Origin: a virus
Lineage: Duplodnaviria > Caudoviricetes
Reading direction: 5' to 3' (one strand)
Virus record (IMG/VR): IMGVR_UViG_3300037474_000108
Coordinates: 1 to 41,989 of that record
DNA length: 41,989 bases
The notes below the pieces were generated by a model. That model ran no database searches, was not told the origin of the DNA, and saw only the letters and a program-made list of their open reading frames with translations. Numbering within the stretch: the stretch's first letter is position 1; each line of letters opens with the position of its first letter. Shown in pieces: positions 35,884 through 41,989 of this stretch. Position numbers and translations under genes: made by a program.

Positions 35884-36178
35884 CCCGTTCAAGGTGTTCC
35901 GCGAGGGCGAGGCGTACCGCCGCGAGGCGATCAAGACCGTCTGGCCGGAGCTCTACAGCGCACTCATGCCGCCTGAGGGATCGCGCAAGCCCGTCGGCTG
36001 CCCGCTCGTCGGTCACGGGACCGGCGACGACCGGCAGTTCGTCCCGGTCGTCGGCCGCCTGCACCTGAACGGCACGCCTGCCTGCGAGCTGCACCTGCGG
36101 TCGTCCGACCGCCCTGGCGGCTACCCGCTCGAGCTGGTCAGGGATACCGCCAAGTGGAGACAGGAGAACCCATCGTGA
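35873..36178 (+). CDS. Hypothetical Cys/His protein
   Basis: Overlap-coupled; GCP..H..ACELH. Confidence 0.6.
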   Translation: MPGDPFKVFREGEAYRREAIKTVWPELYSALMPPEGSRKPVGCPLVGHGTGDDRQFVPVVGRLHLNGTPACELHLRSSDRPGGYPLELVRDTAKWRQENPS

Positions 36179-36354
36179 TCCGCATCCCGCCGCGCCGCGA
36201 GACCGTCGCCCTGTGGTCGGCTGCGGCCCGCGGCGCTCACCGCAACGGCGACCACGAGGCCGAGCTGCGCTACCGCAACGTCGCGCGGATGATGCGGTGC
36301 CGGCCGCCGATCGTGCGCCCCGAGCGCTGCATCGATGGGAGCAAGCGACCGTGA
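36175..36354 (+). CDS. Hypothetical protein
   Basis: AGGAG RBS; GTGA coupling at both ends. Confidence 0.5.
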   Translation: MIRIPPRRETVALWSAAARGAHRNGDHEAELRYRNVARMMRCRPPIVRPERCIDGSKRP

Positions 36355-37946
36355 AGCTGCGCCCGTATCAGCTCGACCTCGTCAACGGCGCGATGAAGCT
36401 GTGGCAGGGCGGCGCCCGCCGGATCGCCATGGTCATGGCGACCGGCGGCGGCAAGACGCCGACCGCGATGACCATCGCCGAGATGAGCCTCTCTGCCGGC
36501 TGGCCCGTTCTGTGGCTCGCGCACCGCACCGAGCTCATCGACCAGGCGATCGACAAGGCGCAGCAGGTCGCCCCGGGGCGGCGCATCGGCCGCTTGCAGG
36601 GCGCCGCCAAGCAGTACCGCGCCGAGATCGTCGTCGGCAGCGTCCAGACGGCGAGCACGAAGGCGACGCTGCCGCTGCTGAAGACGCGGCGATGGGGCCT
36701 GATCATCATCGACGAGACGCACCACGCGACCGCCGACACGTACATGAGGGTTCTTCGCGAACTCGACGCCTTCGACCCGTCCGGCCCGCTCGTGCTCGGC
36801 GTGACCGCCACCCTTGACCGTGCCGACGGGCGCGCCCTCGGCGAGGTCTTCGAGGAGATCGTCGACCCGCGCATCGGGCTGATCGATCTCATCCGGCACC
36901 CCGAGGGCCCGTACCTCGTGCCGCCCCGCGGCGTGCGCGTGAAGATCGCCGAGCTCGACCTGACCCGCGTGCGGCGCGTCGCGGGCGACTTCAACTCGGG
37001 TGCCCTCGGCGCGGCGATGAGTGACGCCCTCGCGCCCAAGAAGATCATCGAGGCGTGGCGCGAGCACGCCGACGGCGTGCCGACCGTCGGGTTCTTCCCG
37101 ACGGTCGCGTTCTCGATCGAGCAGGCCGAGGCGTTCCGGGCCGAGGGCGTCGCCGCGGTGCACCTCGACGGGACGACCCCTGCCGGCGACCGCGCGGCGG
37201 CCCTCGACGACTTCCGTGCGGGCCGCATCACCGTGCTCTGCAACGTCGGGTTGTTCACCGAGGGCACCGATCTGCCGAGCATCGGGTGCGTCATCCTCGG
37301 GCGGCCGACGTCGAGCAGCACGCTCTACCAGCAGATGGTGGGCCGCGGTCTGCGCTTGCACCCCGGCAAGCGTTTCTGCTGGATTCTCGACGTCACGGGC
37401 GTGACGGGCCGGCACAAGCTCGCCACCCTGGCCAGCCTCGGCGGCGCCCCGGGCGAGGAGGAGATTCCCGACGACCTGCTCATGTACGAGGAGGACGAAG
37501 CCGAGCTGTCGCCCGTCGACCAGGACGCTGCAGACGCGACGGATCAGCCGGCAGAGCCCGAAGAGGTCACGTACGCCGACGGCATGCTCGAGCACGAGCT
37601 CGTCGACCTGTTCGGCGAGGCGCATTCGACGTGGCTGCGCACACCGGGCGGGACGTGGTTCGTGCCCGTACCCAGCGGCTTCATCTACCTCGCGCCCGCG
37701 ATGAGCGGTGCCGGCGACCGCTATGACCTCCGCTGGCACGCGGGTGACCGTAGCGGGCTCATACAGGCCGACATGCAGATCGAGTACGCGATGGCGGCGG
37801 GGGACGAGTACATCGCGCAGCGGCCGATGTGGCAGGCCGACCGCGATGCCGCGTGGCGGTCGCGCAGGCACTCCCGCGGCGGGACGCTCGGCGAACGCCA
37901 CGATGCGCAGGCGGTCGTGCGAGCGGCGGCCCTACTCGATGCGTGA
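36351..37946 (+). CDS. SF2 DEAD/DEAH-like helicase
   Basis: LRPYQ, ATGGGKT, IDETHH, GVTAT, LFTEGTD, QMVGRGLR. Confidence 0.93.
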   Translation: MKLRPYQLDLVNGAMKLWQGGARRIAMVMATGGGKTPTAMTIAEMSLSAGWPVLWLAHRTELIDQAIDKAQQVAPGRRIGRLQGAAKQYRAEIVVGSVQTASTKATLPLLKTRRWGLIIIDETHHATADTYMRVLRELDAFDPSGPLVLGVTATLDRADGRALGEVFEEIVDPRIGLIDLIRHPEGPYLVPPRGVRVKIAELDLTRVRRVAGDFNSGALGAAMSDALAPKKIIEAWREHADGVPTVGFFPTVAFSIEQAEAFRAEGVAAVHLDGTTPAGDRAAALDDFRAGRITVLCNVGLFTEGTDLPSIGCVILGRPTSSSTLYQQMVGRGLRLHPGKRFCWILDVTGVTGRHKLATLASLGGAPGEEEIPDDLLMYEEDEAELSPVDQDAADATDQPAEPEEVTYADGMLEHELVDLFGEAHSTWLRTPGGTWFVPVPSGFIYLAPAMSGAGDRYDLRWHAGDRSGLIQADMQIEYAMAAGDEYIAQRPMWQADRDAAWRSRRHSRGGTLGERHDAQAVVRAAALLDA

Positions 37947-38142
37947 CCATCGTCCCTGCGGCGCCTGCCGCGCCTACGTCCCGCCGCGAGGATGCCGACA
38001 CTGGCGTCCGGGCACCTCGGCCACCCTGCGCGGCGACCGCCCGCGCGACCGGCACTGGCAGGACGTGGACGAGCAGGCCCGCCGCAACGCTGCCGAGGCG
38101 GTCGCCGAGTTCCGGCGCCTTATGAGACTGGGGGTCACGTGA
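37939..38142 (+). CDS. Small Cys/His protein
   Basis: PCGAC..GCRHW; overlap-coupled. Confidence 0.5.
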   Translation: MRDHRPCGACRAYVPPRGCRHWRPGTSATLRGDRPRDRHWQDVDEQARRNAAEAVAEFRRLMRLGVT

Positions 38143-38333
38143 ACGCTGTCATCGACCCGATGCACGAGGTCGCGATGTGCGGTCGCTGCGGGCTGGTCTA
38201 CCTGAGCGTGGCACACGCCGACGAGTGCTGCGTCGTGCCGGGCGATCCGCCCGCGTACCGCACGGTCATCGCCGGCAGCCTCGTCCTGCTCGCGATGATC
38301 TATCTGTTCGTCCTGCTGCCCTGGCTTTCCTGA
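38139..38333 (+). CDS. Small Zn-binding membrane protein
   Basis: CGRC..ECC plus C-terminal TM. Confidence 0.55.
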   Translation: MNAVIDPMHEVAMCGRCGLVYLSVAHADECCVVPGDPPAYRTVIAGSLVLLAMIYLFVLLPWLS

Positions 38334-38375
38334 GGGCGGCGGGCTGCACTGTCCGCAGAACGCAGAGGAGAGGGA

Positions 38376-39485
38376 ATGTCCAGATTCAAGAAGGGGATCG
38401 CGCTCGCGGTCTCCCTGCTCGCGGTCGCGCTCGGCGTCGCGAGTCCCGCGCAGGCGAAGGTGCCGGACTGGGACGCGGCGCCCGCAGCGACCTTCGTGCA
38501 GACGCCGCCCGGGAAGATCACCTTCGACCCGGTGCAGGTCGCCCGCGTCGAGCAGGCGACGCGGGCCGGCACGCGGCCGAGCCCGTTCGGTAAGGACGGC
38601 AAGCGGCTCGTGCCGCCGTCGCCATTCCTCGGCGCCGGCTGGTACCACGCGGGCGCTCAGATGGTGCTCGGCGGTACCGACTTCGCCCGCGGCATGTCCG
38701 TCACGGCGTCGGTGCACACCCAGTACGCCGACCCCGGCGCGTCGATGACGACCGGCTACAGCCACTCGATCTTCGAGATGGCGGTCACCGAGTCGAGTAC
38801 AGCGAAGAACAGCGTCGAGTACGGCTGGGCGAACGAGAAGAGCGCCTTCGGCGACAACAAGCCGCGCCTGTTCGCCGCGTCGTGGCGGGGCGGTACATGG
38901 AACGGCTGCTACGACGGGCACGACCCGTCGTGCTTGTGGATCGACAACACGTCGGCGACCCCGAACCTCGGTGACGACCTGTCGGCGGTCGCCGGCACGG
39001 CCTACCCGAACAACTCGATCAAGCTTCAGATGTTCTGGTCGGCGACCAACTGCGGTCCGGCGGCGTCCGGGTGGTTCCTGGTCTACAGCACCGGCGCGGG
39101 CACCCCGACCACGATCGGATGCTTCACGCCGAACGCGGTCAACTCGATGTCCAACATCAAGATCATGCAGCCCTTCGGCGAGTACTACTACAACGGTACG
39201 AACTACGCCGGCACGAGCAACGACAAGCCGCTCGGCGACATGGGCAACGGGCAGTACCCCGCGAGTTCGATCAGCTCGACCGGACCGGCGTGGATGGCCA
39301 GCCTCGGCCTGATCAACCCGAGCCCGAGCACGCTGACCGCGTTCTTCACGCGCACGACGCCCGAGGACGCGGCAGCGTACGACATCACTGCGGTCGGCAC
39401 CTCGGGCCGCAACTTCACGTACGGCGGCGGCGGCTACAAGCTGTCCGGCGGCGTGATGGTCACGCCCGGAAATGTCGGCCCGTAG
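38376..39485 (+). CDS. Secreted neprosin-like (glutamic peptidase G3) protein
   Basis: Sec signal ending AQA; HSIFEMAV, NSVEYGW, PRLF, GCY, GWFL, FGEY, DMGNGQYP. Confidence 0.75.
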   Translation: MSRFKKGIALAVSLLAVALGVASPAQAKVPDWDAAPAATFVQTPPGKITFDPVQVARVEQATRAGTRPSPFGKDGKRLVPPSPFLGAGWYHAGAQMVLGGTDFARGMSVTASVHTQYADPGASMTTGYSHSIFEMAVTESSTAKNSVEYGWANEKSAFGDNKPRLFAASWRGGTWNGCYDGHDPSCLWIDNTSATPNLGDDLSAVAGTAYPNNSIKLQMFWSATNCGPAASGWFLVYSTGAGTPTTIGCFTPNAVNSMSNIKIMQPFGEYYYNGTNYAGTSNDKPLGDMGNGQYPASSISSTGPAWMASLGLINPSPSTLTAFFTRTTPEDAAAYDITAVGTSGRNFTYGGGGYKLSGGVMVTPGNVGP

Positions 39486-39488
39486 GCC

Positions 39489-39518
39489 TTGCGAAACCTG
39501 CTAGGTACCTGCTAGGGT
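39489..39518 (+). promoter_or_regulatory. Repeat-type promoter
   Basis: TTGCGA-aacctgctaggtacctgc(18)-TAGGGT. Confidence 0.8.
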
Positions 39519-39525
39519 TATCACA

Positions 39526-39608
39526 TCGCAAGGGGCGGTGCGGGGATTGGTCCCGATGAAGGGCTGGAAAGCACAGCGAACTGACGGACGGCTCCGCCCC
39601 CCTTGCGA
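39526..39608 (+). ncRNA. Structured leader / small RNA
   Basis: Closing stem TCGCAAGG-GGCGG / CCGCC-cc-CCTTGCGA beginning at the predicted TSS; two internal hairpins. Confidence 0.5.
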
Positions 39609-39635
39609 CCTGACGGACACGACGAAAGGCACTTT

Positions 39636-39845
39636 ATGGACCCGCTGATGATGGACATCGACGTTACGGCCGATGGGGAGTACGCGCAGCACGGCGAGCT
39701 GAAGATCGTCATGACTACGGAGCAGGCTGACAAGCTCGCCGAGGTGCTCAAGCACATCTCGGTCGCGGGCGACTTCCCCGAGGCCCGCGTGATGATCGAC
39801 ATGCTCGTTTACGCCATCGACCACCGCGACGACCATCAGTCCTGA
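39636..39845 (+). CDS. Hypothetical protein
   Basis: GAAAGG RBS; ATG 39636. Confidence 0.65.
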   Translation: MDPLMMDIDVTADGEYAQHGELKIVMTTEQADKLAEVLKHISVAGDFPEARVMIDMLVYAIDHRDDHQS

Positions 39846-39859
39846 CAACCCAGCACGCA

Positions 39860-39892
39860 GGCCCCGTACCCGCTTCCCTTGGGTACGGGGCC
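39860..39892 (+). other. 12-bp GC hairpin
   Basis: GGCCCCGTACCC-9 nt-GGGTACGGGGCC. Confidence 0.6.
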
Positions 39893-39908
39893 GGAAAGGT
39901 ATCTGCCC

Positions 39909-39998
39909 ATGGATCGCACGCCTCACCCCGTACGGGGCCTGCTGTGGCTCGCCCTCGTCGTTGTTGCTGCGGTGCTGCTCGTCTGGCCTCACCTATGA
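39909..39998 (+). CDS. 29-aa membrane peptide
   Basis: GGAAAGG RBS; MDRTPHPVRGLLWLALVVVAAVLLVWPHL; ATGA coupling to the next gene. Confidence 0.6.
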   Translation: MDRTPHPVRGLLWLALVVVAAVLLVWPHL

Positions 39999-40204
39999 GC
40001 GCCCCGCGTATCGGTCCCGAAGACGTGCCCGATGTACGCAGGGAGAGCCGAGCCCCGACACCGTTCGTCGTGATCGGCATCGCGCTGCTCGTCGGCTGCC
40101 TGCTCACGATCGCGGACGAGCACATCAAGAGCCTGCACGGGGTCATCCCGTTCGGGTTCTTCATCGCGCTCATCGTGCTCGACAAGTGGGCGCACCGCAG
40201 GTGA
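39995..40204 (+). CDS. Small 2-TM protein
   Basis: Two hydrophobic stretches. Confidence 0.6.
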   Translation: MSAPRIGPEDVPDVRRESRAPTPFVVIGIALLVGCLLTIADEHIKSLHGVIPFGFFIALIVLDKWAHRR

Positions 40205-40767
40205 GCCGTTGCGCGAGCTGCGGGTACGACAAGCCCACGCACGACCTCGGCACCCTGCGATGTCACCCCGCTACGGCCGATAAGAACGGCAGGCGAGGGA
40301 CGTTCAAGGTGCCGCCGCCCGTTGACCGCACCCTGTGGCGTGAGCGGATGGCGCTCGACGCCGCCGCCGCCCGTGAGGCGATCGAGGCGGCACGACGCCC
40401 GTACGTTCCCGAGGTCGTGCCGCCGCCGCTCGTACCGGCTAGACCACCCTATGGCCCGGCCGAGTTCGCGACCAGCAACCGTGGCATGAGCGCCGCCAAA
40501 CTCGGCCGCAAGGCGACCGCCCTCGGGTGGCTCGCCGAACCCGTGTACTGGCGCGAGCACGACGGCAAGGAAGGCTGCGCGGTGCGCCTCGCCCGCGGTG
40601 AGCTGCGCGCGGTCGCTCTGTGGTCGCGGCCTGCGGGCGCCGCAGGCACGCTCACCGGGTGGCAGACCGAATACGCCTACGCGTGGCGTACCGACGCTAC
40701 GGATCGATTCCCCAGCAAGATGCCCATCACCACTCTCGAAAGGCTCATCGATGACACCGACCAATGA
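40201..40767 (+). CDS. Hypothetical protein with N-terminal CxxC
   Basis: GTGA coupling; SRCASCG..H..C. Confidence 0.6.
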   Translation: MSRCASCGYDKPTHDLGTLRCHPATADKNGRRGTFKVPPPVDRTLWRERMALDAAAAREAIEAARRPYVPEVVPPPLVPARPPYGPAEFATSNRGMSAAKLGRKATALGWLAEPVYWREHDGKEGCAVRLARGELRAVALWSRPAGAAGTLTGWQTEYAYAWRTDATDRFPSKMPITTLERLIDDTDQ

Positions 40768-41386
40768 CACGCCGACCGCCGCCGAGGCGCTCAGCCGCGC
40801 CTTCGCCATCGTCAAGGAACCCTGCTCGGCCGCCGAGACGCAGCGCGCCGAGGTGCTGCTCGGCATCGCCCGCGAGCTGCGCGAGGAGGCGCAGTACCGC
40901 AGCATCGCGGGACGCCGCCTCGCTCTCTCCGGGTGGTCGAAAGAGGCCCTCGCGAAGCTTCCCGGCGCGCCCGCCGTCGAAGCTCCGCCGGCAGACCCCG
41001 AAGCGACCGCTGTGACGATCGCCGTTGACCCGTCGATCGCGAAGCTCGCGCACGAGCGTCCGACCATGGTTCACGAATGGGCGAAGGGCATCGTCGCGAA
41101 CGCCCTCGCAACCGGCGCGCCGCTGGACTACGGGCAGCGCATGCAGGACGACCCCGGAATCACGCAGCGCATCCGTACGCCGTGGCAGGTCGGCGACAAG
41201 GCCGAGTGCAAGCATTGCCACACTCCGATCCAGCTCGACGAAGCCGAGACGACCGGCCTCAAGGCCGACAACGTCAAGGTCTGGCGGCACAAGTACACGG
41301 GGCAGGCGGTCTGCGCCGACGCCCACATGGGCCCTACGGAGGGCGGTTTTCAGGGGCACACCTTCGCCGAGCCGAGCATCGAGTGA
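40751..41386 (+). CDS. Hypothetical protein with C-terminal Zn-binding motif
   Basis: GAAAGG RBS; CKHC..WRH..C..H-x-AEP. Confidence 0.65.
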   Translation: MTPTNDTPTAAEALSRAFAIVKEPCSAAETQRAEVLLGIARELREEAQYRSIAGRRLALSGWSKEALAKLPGAPAVEAPPADPEATAVTIAVDPSIAKLAHERPTMVHEWAKGIVANALATGAPLDYGQRMQDDPGITQRIRTPWQVGDKAECKHCHTPIQLDEAETTGLKADNVKVWRHKYTGQAVCADAHMGPTEGGFQGHTFAEPSIE

Positions 41387-41478
41387 AACGCCTTGCCGGC
41401 CTGCTCGCGGCGATGCTGCCGGCGATGCTTCTCATCGCGTTCATCGACTACACGGCGTGGTGCGCATGGTGGATCTGA
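41383..41478 (+). CDS. 31-aa membrane peptide
   Basis: GTGA coupling; MKRLAGLLAAMLPAMLLIAFIDYTAWCAWWI. Confidence 0.5.
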   Translation: MKRLAGLLAAMLPAMLLIAFIDYTAWCAWWI

Positions 41479-41565
41479 GGTACCGTCCGAACCGTTAGAA
41501 GCCAAAGCAGCGACCGCCAGTGCTGCCCATGGCTGTATGCCCGATGGTGGCGACGCACATGAGCA

Positions 41566-41599
41566 GGGCCCCTCGCTTGCCCCCGTTAGCGAGGGGCCC
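41566..41599 (+). terminator. 12-bp hairpin ending the right-arm transcript
   Basis: GGGCCCCTCGCT-10 nt-AGCGAGGGGCCC. Confidence 0.6.
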
Positions 41600-41618
41600 G
41601 TCGCGTTACGCTCCCCCT

Positions 41619-41936
41619 ATGGCAGAGTCCCGCCCTCGCGGTACCAGGGAGTGGCGTACCGTTCCGCTGCCCCCTGATTGGGACAGGGTCATCAGGCCAC
41701 GCATCCTGGCAAGGGATAGGGCCTGCACACTACGCACGCATTGTTGGGGCGCACGCAGTACTGAGGTCGATCACATCGGGGATGCAAGCGATCACAGCGA
41801 TGCGAACCTTCGAGGTGTGTGCACTAGGTGTCACGCACATCGCACTGGTCAGCAAGGTGCAGAGGCGATGCACGCTCGTCGTCACTCAAGGCTACGTACG
41901 CCACCCGAGCGACCATCACTGAGTGCAATGTACTAA
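41619..41936 (+). CDS. HNH endonuclease (cos-packaging cofactor type)
   Basis: LPPDW..R-x-RILARD..EVDHI..NLRGVCTRCH; genome-terminal; TACGCT -10 6 nt upstream of the ATG. Confidence 0.88.
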   Translation: MAESRPRGTREWRTVPLPPDWDRVIRPRILARDRACTLRTHCWGARSTEVDHIGDASDHSDANLRGVCTRCHAHRTGQQGAEAMHARRHSRLRTPPERPSLSAMY

Positions 41937-41989
41937 CTAATTGTGATGATGGCAGGTGGGGGGTACCCCTCCCCCAGGGGTGCCCTGCG

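Larger units (their letters stand above)
1..41989. mobile_element. Actinobacterial siphophage genome, apparently complete (terS first, HNH last); no integrase seen
   Basis: Canonical order terS-terL-portal-MuF-scaffold-capsid-neck-tail-TMP-lysis, then replication genes; high GC; no host genes recognised. Confidence 0.95.

Noticed and set aside
978-37901. Long antisense and alternate-frame ORFs (e.g. 978-2930, 3988-6300, 13199-15382, 15106-17571, 21768-23570, 36270-37901)
   Set aside because: Shadow ORFs expected in high-GC DNA; Arg/Gly/Pro-rich translations with no motifs, overlapping clear genes
23773-39518. CCTGCTAGG repeats or the MTase LLPTP repeats as a CRISPR array
   Set aside because: The first are dispersed at promoters; the second are in-frame coding repeats with 84-120 nt spacing; no cas operon (the Cas4-like gene is a typical phage exonuclease)
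39553-39582. Hammerhead-like CCGATGA..GCTG/CAGC..GAAC
   Set aside because: Core deviates from CUGANGA/GAAA, stem II is out of register and stems I and III are not evident
41619-41936. HNH as a mobile homing endonuclease
   Set aside because: Small size and position adjacent to terS across the genome ends fit a packaging cofactor; no intron or intein context

Overview
The window looks like an essentially complete ~42 kb high-GC actinobacterial siphophage genome. It starts 125 nt before the terminase small subunit and ends just after an HNH gene, consistent with cos-type packaging. The left arm (+) carries packaging, head, neck, tail and lysis genes, with a DUF4082/Thr-rich appendage gene and two GT-A glycosyltransferases inserted among the neck genes. 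A leftward block (-) carries two DNA methyltransferases, RusA, an SSB-like protein and a PD-(D/E)XK exonuclease. The right arm (+) carries an RHH-like regulator, a Prim-Pol/helicase followed by an iteron/AT-rich ori, an SF2 helicase, a secreted neprosin-like peptidase and many small ORFs. I saw no integrase, partition genes or LysB. The most unusual signals are: (1) a family of promoters built from a tandem CCTGCTAGG repeat; (2) a 104-nt tRNA-shaped RNA whose anticodon arm is replaced by a long hairpin, plus a second leader RNA with the same acceptor-like stem; (3) a C5 methyltransferase with six tandem LPTP modules in its target-recognition region; (4) the glycosyltransferase/appendage module; (5) a secreted glutamic peptidase; (6) a possible ring-nuclease anti-CRISPR. 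All protein calls come from motifs and synteny read by eye; no database search or folding program was run.
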